DNA of 64,000 bases, taken from assembly GCF_963921235.1 (NCBI RefSeq), contig NC_086102.1, positions 161,324,001 to 161,388,000 of the forward strand. Direction: 5' to 3'. Source of the stretch: Mobula hypostoma (taxonomy: Eukaryota). This document shows, piece by piece, positions 26,620 through 38,958 of this stretch. Position 1 is the first letter of the stretch; each line of letters starts with the position of its first letter. The position numbers and the translations under genes were made by a program. Below the pieces are notes generated by a model that did not search any database, was not told where the DNA came from, and saw nothing but the letters and a program-made list of their open reading frames with translations.

Positions 26620-26860
26620 CCACACCACCCAGCAATCACCGATTTAACCTTAGACTAATCACGGGATGATTTACAGTGAGCAATTACCCTACCAACCACT
26701 ATGAATTTTGGACTGTGGGAAGAAACTGGAGCACTCGGAGAAAACACACAAATTCCAAGGGGATCAACTCCTTACAGAGGACCCTGGAATCAAATTCTGA
26801 ACTCTGATGCCCTGAGCTGTAATAGCATCGAGCTAACCATCACACTTCTGTGGCACCCAT
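26620..26860 (-). mobile_element. V-SINE/HE1-like SINE
   Basis: GGACTGTGGGAAGAAACTGGAGCAC..GGAGAAAAC-type conserved core; recognised by pattern only. Confidence 0.5.
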
Positions 26861-27977
26861 ATCTTTGTTCTGTCTCCTGTCTCTTACACTGTCATACTTA
26901 GGCCCAACATAAGCTTGAGCTTAATCTTCACTTTGGGCACGTAGCAGCCTTTCATGCGCTATATAGAATTCTCCATCTTCAGGTAACACTTCCTCCATGT
27001 ATATCAGAACTGTTCATTTCTCTTGTAAGTCATCCATTTATGTCTTTGGCTCAGTTTCTCTCTTTCAATTAGCATACTCTGTCCTGCTGGGCATGTCTCA
27101 CAGTCTTGAGATCTGCAACACATTAAGTATTATCCAACAACAGTCCCCATTAGCCAATTTGACCAGAATACTTCCTCAGGCTATCCCCTCACCCTATCAC
27201 AGATATTTCATTTGTCCTCTTTATCTCTCTCCACTTTCTCTACAATTTAAAACTAACTTACACTCTTCTGCACAATTCCCTGGAAACATAATGGACCTGA
27301 AATGATAACTGATGATAACTATATTTTTCTTTCGCAAATGCTTTCTAACCTCAGGGTGTTTTTAACATCTTTTGTTTCATTTAAATAGTAGCAATTGATC
27401 TTACTGAGATGGTAAAGGGTTAATTTGTTCTGCTGACATGTAAAAATTAGACTTCAAGCTAAGCTCTGCTGGCTTGTGAACCTGCAGAACAGGATGTGGT
27501 AATTCTGTCCAAAAAAATGTGGAACTACAGTTGAAAAATGAGGCACTATCTCATCCTACACATTGTCAGAGGTTGATGACCTTTGGCCTATTAAGGCAAC
27601 CAAGGGGTCTTTGTCTTAAAATACCACTGTTGCTGGGCATGTGACTTTGGGTGTAGCTAAAAATTTCCTGCTACGTGACAAAAAGGATATGAAAAGACTC
27701 TGTATCTGTGTGCAGGGAGAGAGACCACTGGTACGGGCCCTTGTGTGTGCCTAAGTGCTCTCTCTCCAGTAGCGAGCTACTAATAAAAAAAGCCGTTGCT
27801 TTATCTTCCGTAGTGTTGTGTGTTCTTGCATTGGATAATGGGTAATAATTAGAAGTAAGGTTTAACATTACAAAAGAATTTATTAACACTTCCTTCTCCT
27901 TTACAGTTACTCGTGGTCAATTAAGGGTTACTAAAGTTTTATTGTAAATAAGTATTTTCAAAATTTTCTTTATAAAG

Positions 27978-28241
27978 CCGTGAAGATAAAGAAGACCTTG
28001 AAAAATCTGACTGTCACAGAAACCCGTGAAGCAGTCTTTGCTTTGGAACTTACACATGCTAATGTTACTGGAGCCCAATGGATTAAAAATGGGGAAGAAA
28101 TCAAACCAAGTGACAAGTATGAGATTACTGTAGATGGGACTCTGCATACACTTAAAATCAAGAAGTGCATTGTTTCAGATGAATCTGTGTACAACTTCAA
28201 ACTTGGCAGAGTGTCAGCAAATGCCAGACTTCATGTAGAAG
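27978..28241 (+). CDS. TTN: Titin exon (~35), Ig
   Basis: AVKIKKTLKNLTVTETREAVF...DESVYNFKLGRVSANARLHVE; 264 nt; AAG acceptor. Confidence 0.94.
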
Positions 28242-28529
28242 GTGAATAATGAAATGTTATTTTCTTTCATGGCTTACTCATTCTTTTGAATCAAGCAATT
28301 ATTAAATGTTATAATTACAACAATATGCCTAAAGATGTTAGTGAATTCTCATATCATGTACCGTAAATATGTTTTGGGAGTCTTGCACAATAATATAGAT
28401 TTGCCAGGCATACTAAAGTCTTGGCTTGTTAATTAAAATGTACATACACAACCTATTGACGTAGCTTTGAGTATCAGCTCAACCATTTTTATATCATGGT
28501 ACTTTCTCTTAACTTGGGGTAACTCTCGC

Positions 28530-28815
28530 AGTGATTTCATCAGTCGCGTTTCTCTATTTACCTCCTGTGCATATTTTCTCACATGTTCATTGAAACGCCA
28601 CGAATGACCCTTTCACCCAGGTACACTAGAGGCAATTTACAGTAGCCAACTAACCTAACAACTGGCATGACTTTAGGATGTGAGAGGAAATGGCATTATC
28701 TAGGAAAAGTCCAAGTGATCTGCAAACTTCATATAGGCATTACCAGAGGTCAGGATCAAACCTAGTTCTTTGAGGCTGTGTGGAGGTGCATCATCTAGTG
28801 TGCTGAGGTGCTTCT
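28530..28815 (-). mobile_element. Diverged V-SINE-like element
   Basis: GGCAATTTACAGTAGCCAA...GGATGTGAGAGGAAA core similar to the copy at 26620. Confidence 0.4.
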
Positions 28816-28988
28816 CTAATGTGAATATTTAATTAAAATTGAAGATAATAGAATTATTTCTATTTACATTGCATATCTTAAGTTATTAAAATATACGTGA
28901 TTTTTGTTCATGTCAGTGTTTTGGTTGAATCTAAAACATTTATCTGAATGGGTAGACATTAAATAACACTCTGGTTTTGTTTTATTAG

Positions 28989-29249
28989 TTGTCAAGATCA
29001 TTAAGAAACCTAAAGATATTACCGCCATGGAAAATTCTACTGCTACTTTTGAATTGAGTGTGTCACATGACAATATGCCAGTAAAATGGATGTTCAACAA
29101 CGTCGAACTCAAGCCAAGTAACAAATGTAAAGTAGTTTCAGAGAGAAAAGTTCACAAACTAATATTGGAGAATATCACCCCAGCGCAAGTTGGCGAGTAC
29201 TCAGCCATTATTGGGCAACTGGAATGTAAAGCCAAACTTTATGTTGAAT
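28989..29249 (+). CDS. TTN: Titin exon (~36), Ig
   Basis: VVKIIKKPKDITAMENSTATFELSVSHD...VSERKVHKL...GQLECKAKLYVE; donor T|GTAAGT; 261 nt. Confidence 0.95.
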
Positions 29250-29373
29250 GTAAGTGTGCAAATATATTTTGTTAGATCACCAAAGAACAAATTGAATACA
29301 ACATTTTAAAATCCATAATTTCAAAAGATTCACTTATTTTTGTATGCTAATTTTCTTTTAAATTTATTTCAAG

Positions 29374-29634
29374 CTGTACATATCACCAAGACTATGAAGA
29401 GCATTGAGATCCCAGAGACAAAAACTGCAACTTTTCAATGTGAGGTGTCTCATTTCAATGTCCCAGCTACATGGTTGAAAAATGGTGTAGAAATAGAAAT
29501 GAGTGACAAGTTCAAAATAGTCGTGCAAGGCAAACTCCATCAGCTAATTATAATGAACACAAGCCATGAGGACTCTGCAGAGTATACCTTTATCTGTGGA
29601 AATGACAAAGTATCTGCTACTCTGACAGTCAAAC
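29374..29634 (+). CDS. TTN: Titin exon (~37), Ig
   Basis: VHITKTMKSIEIPETKTATFQCEVSHFNVP...KIVVQGKLHQLIIMNTS; 261 nt. Confidence 0.95.
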
Positions 29635-29792
29635 GTAAGATTTCCTCATTGAAGTCTGTGTATCCATTGTTCAGAGTTAATCTTGAATTATTGCATTTGT
29701 AAACTTTTAGATGTGTTCTAACTATTAAAATTGGTAATGATAATTAAAATGTCAAGTGAAATGCTATCTAACTCATGGTTTTCTTTTTTTAG

Positions 29793-30053
29793 CTATTTTA
29801 ATTACATCTATGTTGAAAGATATGAATGCACAAGAGAAAGATACAATTACTTTTGAAGTAACGGTGAATTTTGAAGGTATTACTTATAAGTGGCTCAAGA
29901 ATGGTAAAGAGATCAAATCAGCTGAGAGAACACAACTAAAGACCAAACAATCAACACACACACTTTCAATTCGAAATGTTCATTTTGGTGATGCAGCTGA
30001 ATACAGTTTTGTTGCTGGATCAGCATCATCTGCAGCGAATTTATATGTGACTG
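29793..30053 (+). CDS. TTN: Titin exon (~38), Ig
   Basis: PILITSMLKDMNAQEKDTITFEVTVN...IRNVHFGDAAEY; 261 nt. Confidence 0.95.
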
Positions 30054-30157
30054 GTAATAACTGATATCATTTGTTTATGATTCTGTTTTGATACTATATA
30101 AATTTGAAGCTGTTTAACCAACACCATACTGTATTAATTAGCATGTTTTCTCTGTAG

Positions 30158-30299
30158 CTCGGCAAATTGAATTTAGAAAACATATCAAAGACATCAAAAT
30201 CACTGAAAAGAAGAAAGCAGTCTTTGAGTGTGAAGTTTCAGAACCCAACGTTACCGTACAATGGCTGAAGAATGGAGAGGAAATACAGCCATCTGACAG
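30158..30299 (+). CDS. TTN: Titin exon (~39), Ig first half
   Basis: ARQIEFRKHIKDIKITEKKKAVFECEVSEPNVTVQWLKNGEEIQPSD; TGTAG acceptor, GTTAGT donor; 142 nt. Confidence 0.93.
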
Positions 30300-30589
30300 G
30301 TTAGTAAATAAATTATGGAAAAGTTTGTTTTGTTTTTTCAAAATTCAGCTATTCCAAGGTCCCCTGATGACCTCCTATTACTTCCCTCTGTAAACCTCAA
30401 ATCCATAACTTTTGTAAAACTTTGTTGTTCATCCTTCCTCACAATATTGCTGCTACAATGGCTCACCAACACTCTGTTCTCCCGGCTGCCAACCACCATC
30501 CTCAATTTAAATGACAATTACTCATGTAAATCCATTTCCTGGTCAGTAGCATTGATGTAATTTTCACATGTAGGAAGGAGACTGAAACA

Positions 30590-30665
30590 GAGGGAGAGAA
30601 AGAGAGAGACAGAGTGGAGGGGGGTAGGAAGAGAGAGAGAGAGACTGAGACAGACACAGAGAGGG
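30590..30665. repeat. Imperfect (GA)n / (GACA)n simple repeat
   Basis: GAGAGAAAGAGAGAGACAGAG...GAGAGAGAGAGACTGAGACAGACACAGAGAG. Confidence 0.8.
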
Positions 30666-33239
30666 AAGAAGACCTGCTTGCCACTGTTTGCACTTGTACA
30701 GTTTGCACATTCTCTTGCATGTACAATAATCTGTACAGATCTGTACAAGCAAACTGGGTTACACCTGAATATGTAGGCAACCAATATCCTCATCAGGTGG
30801 CTTGCTAAATAATGGCGAGTCTGATGGTCTAAAGTGTGTTTATTTCAACACCAGGAATATTCTCGGTAAGGAGTCTGGATTAGTACATGGAATTACAATG
30901 TTGTTGTCATTATTGAGATTAGGTGTCTAAAGTACAGGACTGGCTGCTCAGTGTTCCTGGGTTTCATTGTTTGATTCGTGATAGAAAAGGGGGATAAAAG
31001 AGGTGGGGGGTTTGCACTACTGGTAAGGGAGAATGTCACAACCTACTCGGAGGACCTACTGGAGGGCTCATCCATGAAGGCAATTTGGCTGGAGTTCAGA
31101 AATAGGATAGGTATAATTATGCTGATGGAATTGTATTATAGGCCTCCTAACAGAAGTGGAGGAATAGATGTGTAGACAGATTATGGAAAGGTGGAGAAAC
31201 AACAGGGTTGTCATACTGGGAGACTTTAACTTACCCTGTATTAATTGGAACTTCCTTAGTACAAAAAATTTAGATGGGATGGATTTCTTCAGTGCATCCA
31301 AGAGAAGTACTTGAAACAGGAACATACTGGACCTAGTGTTGCACAGTGAGCCAGGCCTGGTGACAGATCAGATAGTGGGTGGACATTTTGTGAAGAGTGA
31401 CCACAACTCATTATTTAAGATAGTTATGAGTAAAGATAAAATTGGATATTACTGGAAGGTACTAAATTGGAGAGGGCACATTTTGAGAGGACAGGGCACA
31501 AACTAAGAGGCATTGATATGGAGCAACTGCTAATAGATAAGTCCATGTCTGAGTTGCCTAAGGACCAGCTGATTAGAGATCAGGATTGCATGATCTGGTA
31601 AGGAGGAAGAACAAGGATGGTAAGGAAAAGGAAGCTTGGATGGCCCAAGAAATCCTAAATTTACTTTGAAAGGAAAAGGAAAATCAGGCTGTACAGGAAT
31701 GTGCTCAAGCAGATGACTAAGAAGACCAAAAGAGGCCATGTAATGTCCTTGGCAAGTAGGGTCAAGGATAATCCCAAGGCATCTTGTATTTAGATTAAGT
31801 AAAAGGGGAAATCTAAGAAGGGGCTAGGTCTACTGAAGGATAAAAGAAGGAATTGTGCTTTGAGTCTGAGCAGGTGGCTGAGGTACTGAGTGAATTAGTG
31901 AACTGACAGTATTTGCCTAGGAGAAGAAATTTGAGGATTGTGAAAACAGAGTGAGGCATGCTAATGTGCTGGGACTTTTTGAGATTAAGTAGGAGGTAAC
32001 GCTGAATTATCTGGAAAGCATTAAAATGGAAATGTCTCCAGAGCCTGATAACACTTTCCCAGAATAATGAAAGAAGTAAGGGAGGAGATTAATAGGTCAA
32101 TTGACAAGGATCTTTGTGTCCTCACCAGTGGCAAGTGAGGTCTCAGCAGGGTGGAGGACAGCAAATGTTGTGTTTTTGTTCAAAAAGAGAAATGACAACA
32201 TCAGTGTTAAAGAAGCTGCTATAGAGGATACTGAAGTGTAGGATTTATATGCATTTGGCAAGGCATAGCATACTCAGGGACAGACAGCATGGCTTTGCGC
32301 AGGCCAGATCATACCTTACAAACTTGACCAAGTTTTTTGAGGTGTCAAAGGTGCTTGATGAGGATAAATCGGTTGATGTTATGCATGGACTTTAAGGTAT
32401 TTGACAAGGTCCCTAATTGTAGGTTGATTCAGAAGATAATGATATACAAGATCAAGGGTGAATTGCAAGTTTGGATTCAGAACGAATTTGCCTTTAAAAG
32501 ACAAAGTAGGGGTGGAAGGCTGTTATTCTGGTTGGATGTCTGTGACAAGTGATGTTCCACAAGGATCAGTGCTGGGATTTCTGTTTAATGGTTGTGATAA
32601 AAGTGTAGATGGGTGTGTTAGCAAGTTTGTGGATGGCACCAAGATTGGTAAATTTGTGGCTGGTATAAAGGATTATCAAAGAATAGAATTAGATATAGAT
32701 CAATTATGGACATGAGCAGAAAAATGGCAGATGAAGTTTGATCCAAGCAAGTGTGAGGTATTGCACTTTGGGAGGTCAGATCATAGGGAGAACACTTAAT
32801 AGCTGGGATACAGAGGAATCTTGGGGTCCAGGCTTGTTATTCACTGAAAGTGATTACACAGTGGATAAAGTGGTAAAGAAGGTGTATGGAATACCGTGCT
32901 TGCCTTTTTTGGTAGGAGTATTGAATGTAAGAGTAAGTAAGTCATGGAGTAACTATATAAACCTTTAGTCAGACCACACTTGGATTGCACAGTTTTAGTC
33001 GCTCCATTATAGCAAGGATGGGGCAGTTGTAGAAAAGGCTTTAAGAAGCTTTACCTGGGTGCTGCCTGGGTTAGAGAGTATGAGCCATGAGGACAGGTTG
33101 GACAAACTTGGGTTGTTTTCCCTAGAATATCAGAGGTGGAGGGGAGACCTGATAGAGATTTTTTTAAATTATGAAAGGCATAGATAGGATAGATGATTAG
33201 AGTCTGTTCTCCAGGTTAGAAATATCAGACACTAGAGGG

Positions 33240-33523
33240 AACACACACAAAAGTTGCTGGTGAACGCAGCAGGCGAGGCAGCATCTCTAAGATGAGGTAC
33301 AGTCAACGTTTCGGGCCAAGACCCTTCGTCAGGACTAACTGAAGGAAGAGCTAGTACTCACTAGCTCTTCTTTCAGTTAGTCCTGACGAAGGGTCTTGGC
33401 CCGAAACGCGACTGTACCTCTTCCGAGAGATGCTGCCTCGCCTGCTGCGTTCACCAGCAACTTTTGTGTGTGTTGCTTGAAATTCCAGCATGTGCAGATT
33501 TCCTCGTGTTTACGTTTTTAAAA
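33240..33523. mobile_element. Fold-back element with two opposed hammerhead motifs
   Basis: ~115-bp near-perfect inverted arms around 33355; TSD ACACTAGAGGG at 33229-33239 and 33524-33534. Confidence 0.85.
33298..33340 (-). ncRNA. Minimal hammerhead motif with GUU cleavage triplet
   Basis: AGUUAGUC-CUGACGA-AGGGUCUUGGCCC-GAAA-CGUU-GACUGU. Confidence 0.6.
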
Positions 33524-34287
33524 ACACTAGAGGGCATGCTTTTAAGACTAGAGAGGAGGTGTTTCATGGTGGTGTGAGGGGCATGTTTTGATGCAGAGCT
33601 GCCGGTGCGTGGAATGGGTAATCATGGGTAGTGAATCAAGCAGTTTGGTAACATTTAAGAAGCTTTTAGATACACATGTGAATATGAAGGGAATGGAAGG
33701 ATGTGGCTGATAAACAGGAGGAGGGCATAATGGGCCAAATTACCTGTCCGGTGCTGTACTATTCTATATTCTAGGCATGGGATTTTTATACACTTTTGGT
33801 ACAGCATCTTTGTCAAATTACAGTTGTCATTTCTTAGCCAACACTAGAACAAGAAGCCCTTGATCAGTCGCTTCTGACGCCATCTTCGTGACATCCTGAC
33901 ATAATTATCAAATGGCCTATACGCTGTTGTGTTTAATTAGTGTTTGGTGATCTTATGGCTAAAGCATCCCTTTGTTCAGTTATCTAGATGATGGTACCAG
34001 CAGGAGGCCCATTATCACCAGTCACCTCAGTCCCCTAGAAGGCCTTTGTTTATCTTATCTTATGTTCCATAAATTAAGTATCCTCATCACCTGCACATAT
34101 TTGAGGCATTGAGAGTACAAAATTGCCTCCCAATATACTTTTACAGTATACTGTGCTTGTGCCCTATGTGCTATGTCAGTACATTCTAACGCAAACACGA
34201 GGAAATCTGCAGATGCTGGAAATTCAAGCAACACACACAAAATGCTGATGGAACGCAGCAGGCCAGACAGCATCTATAGGAAAAAGT

Positions 34288-34330
34288 ACAGTCGACGTTT
34301 CGGGCCGAGACCCTTCGTCAGGACTAACTG
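34288..34330 (-). ncRNA. Minimal type I hammerhead ribozyme motif, core intact
   Basis: CAGUUAGUC-CUGACGA-A-GGG(UCUCGG)CCC-GAAA-CG-UC-GACUGU: helix I UAGUC/GACUG, helix II GGG/CCC, palindromic ACGU in place of helix III, GUC cleavage triplet. Confidence 0.75.
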
Positions 34331-34796
34331 AAAGAAGGGATAGTGAGAGATTTGAAAGTGGGAGGGGGAAAGGGAGATCCGAAATGATAGACAAAGACAG
34401 GAGGGGGAGTGATGAAGCTAAGAGCTGGAAAGCTGATTGGCAAAAGGGATACAAGGCTGGAGAAGGGAGAGGATCATGAGACGGGAGGCCCAGGGAGAAA
34501 GAAAGGGGGAGGGGAGCTCCAGAGGAAGATGGAGAGCAGGCAAGGAGTTTCACTGAACACCTATGCTCTGTCCGCCAGCAAAAGCAGGATCTCCCGGTGG
34601 CCACGCATTTTAATTCCATGTCCCATACCCGTTCTGATATGTCTATCCATGGCATTCCTCTACTGTCAAGATGAAGCCACACTCAGGTTGGAGGAACAAT
34701 ACCTTATATTCCATCTGGGTAGCCTCCAACCCTGATGGCATGAATATTGACTTCTCTAAATTCTGTTAATGCCCCTCTTCCCCTTCTTACCCCATC

Positions 34797-34846
34797 CCTT
34801 ATTTATTTATTTATTTGTTTGTTTGTTTGTTTGTTTGTTTGTTTGT
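34797..34846. repeat. (TTTA)n/(TTTG)n microsatellite inside the Penelope-like element
   Basis: TTTATTTATTTATTTATTTGTTTGTTTGTTTG... seen directly. Confidence 0.85.
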
Positions 34847-35715
34847 TGTCTTTCCCCTTTTTTTCTCTCTGTCCCTCTCACAATAACTCCTTGCCTGCTC
34901 TCCATCTTCCTCTGGTGCTCCCCTCCCCCTTTCTTTCTCCCTAGGCCTCCCGTCCCATGATCCTCTCCCTTCTCCAGCCTTGTATCCCTTTTGCCAATCA
35001 ACTTCCCAGCTCTTAGCTGCATCCCTCCCCCTCCTGTCTTCTCCTATCATTTCAGATATCCCCCTCCCCCCCCTCCACTTCCAAATCTCTTACTGTCTCT
35101 TCTTTCAGTTAGTCTTGACGAAGGGTCTCGGTCCGAAACATCAACGTACTTCTTCCTATAGATGCTGCCTGGCCTGCTGTGTTTCACCAGCATTTTGTGT
35201 GTGTTGTCAGTACATTCTAACTCAGGTCTCTGGTTACATAGGAGGAATACTACACTGGAGATAGCTGTGCTGTCACAGCCTGGAAATAGCCCTGTTATCT
35301 CTGAATACACAAATACTAGGTTACATGGCTTCCTCTGGTGCAGTTCTCTAAGAGAACATTCTGTTGGGCTGCTTGTTTCTTAATTTGTCCAACTGAGAAT
35401 AAAGCAGATCCAGTTTGAGGCAGAAATGCACTTTTGTCTCACAATATGCTTTATAGTATATTATGCAAAATAGCTCTACATGCCATTTTTCCTACCTATA
35501 AATGTCCAACTTTATAAAATTCACACTCTTATTTATTTAATTCATCTCCTCCAATCTCCTTACACCATCCCAAAACTCCAAGCATTCCTCTTAATTGAGC
35601 TTCTACATCAGCTATTGACCTCGCCAACATTAGCTGTACTTTTAGTCACTTTAGTCTCAAGTTCTAAGCTAAGTCTAAAATGCTCAACTTACTATTTCAC
35701 TTTCATTTCTTACAG

Positions 35716-35884
35716 AATTAAGATTCATAAAGAAACATCTATCCATCGTCTCACCATTCCTGTTACTAAAATGTCTGATGCTGGCGAGTATTCAGCTGTA
35801 GCAGGTGGAAGTATTTCCACTGCTAAATTGTATGTGGAAGCACGACACATTTTGATTTCAAAACCTGTTTCCACGAATATTCAG
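35716..35884 (+). CDS. TTN: Titin exon (~40), Ig second half plus next Ig start
   Basis: RIKIHKETSIHRLTIPVTKMSDAGEYSAVAGGSISTAKLYVEARHILISKPVSTNIQ; TTACAG acceptor, GTATAA donor. Confidence 0.92.
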
Positions 35885-36008
35885 GTATAATGAGTTTCTT
35901 TTTACTTAGAATCCTCAGCCATAAGATGTAAAATAGTAACTGATAATGAGCATGCAGACAGACATTTATTTTACAATTAATCTTATCAAAATATTTCTTC
36001 ATAATTAG

Positions 36009-36240
36009 GTTGTTGAGAAAAAGCGAGCTGTAATCGAATTTGAAGTCAATGAAGATGATGTTGAGGCTCAGTGGCTCAAGGATGGAATTGAAATCAATTT
36101 TCAATTTGAAGAAAGATACAGATATATAATTCAAAGACGTGTGCATCGCATGACTATTACTGAAACAAGAGTTTCTGATTCTGGAGAATATGTCTTTGTT
36201 GCTGGAAAGAATCGAAGTACTGTGACACTGCATATTAATG
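36009..36240 (+). CDS. TTN: Titin exon (~41), Ig
   Basis: VVEKKRAVIEFEVNEDDVEAQWLKDGIEINFQFEER...DSGEYVFVAGKNRSTVTLHIN; 232 nt. Confidence 0.94.
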
Positions 36241-38122
36241 GTGCGTACAAACATACCAATAAGTTGTTGCTAAAATGCAGTAGCTTTCAACTCTATAAAG
36301 TGCTTTGAGATTACTTTAATCAGACATAGGAATATGTTAAACAGCCGGTCTTTCATTGATTTAGTTTATAAGGATAATCTAAAAATGATAGTAGGAAATG
36401 GAGATACTTAGAATTTCTGGAGGGAAACAGCAGAACTTTAATTGAAGTACATGGTGAGTGGATGGAGCTCAGGGGAATGGAGTTGAAGAATATTTGTGGT
36501 TTTGAAGTTGGTGGAAAGGATCAAAGGGGATTGTAATATCGTGTATGAAATGAAATAAAGAAATAAAAGTGGGAATATTAAGTTGGAGCTTTATAGAATA
36601 AGTGAGCCAATGTGGATCAGATATACAGGAGTGCTGTTATGTCTGGGTGTTTTTCAAAAGAAAGAGCACAGAGTTTTGTCAGAGATTTGGATTTAATGGT
36701 TTACGGAGATTAAAATGGGAACACAACGGGAGTGCATTGTATAGGTACATTTTGAATTTGTAAGCGAGTGGTTGAGGGTTTTGACAGCAAGTGAACAGAA
36801 CTAGAGGCATAGGCGGAAGCAGATGACATCAGTGAGATGGAATCCCAACATTGAGGATAATCCTGATAGATGAGAGAAAAGGTGAGGACAGAATATCAGA
36901 AATGGAAGAAGTCTCAGCAGATGAACTGGTGAAAAGTGAGGTAATTAACCTTTAAATTGCAAATGTAAGTAACCTGAGAGATTTTTTCCAGGCTTAGAAG
37001 GAAAGGGATAGTGTCCATGAAATGATAAAACACGCAACGATTTGGCAGCCATAATAGTTTTAAAGAAGTTGCACTGTATATGGATTAGAAAATTTATGTG
37101 GAAGAAAAGGTTGACGATAGAGAAGTAGAATTTATGAAAAAATTGAAATGGTAAGTTCAGACAGACAGAGGACAAAGAGTCAGTCAGTGCAGTTATCAAG
37201 GGTTGAAACAGACGATATTTTAGTAAGAAACAGGAAGTAGATTTCTTAGTTGGCAGAAAGTAATGTTGAGGCAGAAATGTGGAATTACAGTTATGCAAGA
37301 AGTTTTAAGTAAAAGGCAAGATGTTGCTAGCTGTGACATGAGGTTTTTGTCAAAAGAAGAATGTAATTTTAATTAATCATAATTACGATATATTGTGGTT
37401 TGCAATAGCCTTGCATGGAGTCTACTCTTATTCCTGAGGATAATATAATAGAATGGTATTTATTATTAATCTTCTGACAGAACCAAGATGTGTGGGACAG
37501 GAAAGAGTTGATGAGATTAGGTCTAAATATCAAGAATGTTTCTGTGGGACAATCATGATTGCTTCTCATTAGACAGAGCATAGTGCTTTTGTGATCCTTT
37601 TTAATATTATTGTAAAATCTGTGAGAAGTGTTTAAAGCATCCTCAGTTCCTTGATTCATCTTTGGCAAGAAAGGGTTGGTAAAATGGCTGTTAGTGAGTC
37701 TATTTATATTTGTTTGATGTTCCTATCCATTGATGCTTACAGAATGGGAAAATGTGTGGATAGTATAGTGGGCTATCCATTGCTTTTCCTGTTTTGTGCT
37801 CATGCCAAAATTGAGTTATAGGCCATTAATATCAGTGAATACTTTATTCAAGTAAATTTTAATTTGTTTTAGGAAATGCAAAAAAAATGGTTAACTGACG
37901 TTGAATATAAAGTATTAGTAGTAAACAAAACTATTCCCCGAAAGCATCTCTTCGTGTCAGTTTTTTCATTCACAGTTTTGTAAATTGATATTTTTAACAT
38001 AGCATTTACCATTTTCTATTTATGGCATGTGCTTCAGGCAGCATTGCATCTATGAAAGTAGACCATAAAAATGACTAATTTGTGGAAATAAAGTGCTTAT
38101 GTGTTGATCTTTTTCATTTTAG

Positions 38123-38407
38123 CTCTTGAACCACCAACCTTTACAGTGGAACTGGAACCTTGTGCTGTGAAAGCAGGGGAACCTGCTCGATTTTGTGGTA
38201 TAATAGTTGGCACACCAAAATTGGAAGTAACCTGGTACAAAGATGGTCAAAAGCTTTCCTCAGGGTTTAAACGCAAGATACTTCATGATGAGAACCAATA
38301 TACTTTGTTACTGATTGAAACATTCCCTGAAGATACTGGCACCTACACTTGTGAAGCAAAAAATGAAGCTGGAGTAGCTGTTAGTGGTGCTTCACTTGAT
38401 GTTGAAG
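38123..38407 (+). CDS. TTN: Titin exon (~42), Ig
   Basis: [25 protein letters not shown]...[20 protein letters not shown]; 285 nt. Confidence 0.95.
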
Positions 38408-38832
38408 GTATAACTAAAGTTTAATCAGCATATTTTCATGTCAGTACTATGGTACGTAGGAAATTGTTGTGATATAGACAATACATACTGCCTGTCCTGA
38501 GGAGCACACAGAAAGAGGAGATGAAATTGGTATTTAGCATGCATGATTAGTAGTAAACGTGGCAGTATATTTTGAGTAAAAAAGAAAGAAAATAGATTTT
38601 CTTGTTTAATACCTATTATGTGCTTTTATAGATGCCTAAATACCGTTCATATGTTTCTCTAAATAACAGCTTTGTATTTACATATTTATGTTTGTAATAG
38701 TTACCACTTCTCTTTTAAAATTTTTGATTCATACCTATGCTCTATTATAGTCTATGTACTTACCACTCTTAAGTCATTTTAAATAACCTTTCTTATAGAT
38801 TAATGTCAATTAATTTATTTATGTATTTTCAG

Positions 38833-38958
38833 TTCCAGAGGTAGTTTCCCCTGAGGTAGAAGTACCTGTTTATCCACCTGTCATTGTAAGTCCAATCCAA
38901 GATACTACTACCAGTGAAGGACATTCTGCTCAATTTCAGTGCCGTTTGACGGGAACAG
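38833..38958 (+). CDS. TTN: Titin exon (~43), linker plus Ig start
   Basis: VPEVVSPEVEVPVYPPVIVSPIQDTTTSEGHSAQFQCRLTGT; donor G|GTATGC; 126 nt. Confidence 0.94.

Larger units (their letters stand above)
30790..33770 (+). mobile_element. Long degenerate CR1-like LINE (endonuclease and RT remnants), interrupted by a fold-back insertion
   Basis: GGGFALLVRENV..YYRPPN (endonuclease), MDFKVFDKVP, VPQGSVLG, CEVLHFG (RT) with many stops. Confidence 0.85.
34191..35204. mobile_element. 5'-truncated, partly inverted Penelope-like element (GIY-YIG C-terminus plus terminal repeat)
   Basis: FTEHLCSVR..DLPVATHFNS..LEEQYLIFHLGSLQP.GMNIDF on +; inverted copy of the terminal region at left; 17-bp TSD TGTCAGTACATTCTAAC at 34174-34190 and 35205-35221. 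Confidence 0.85.
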
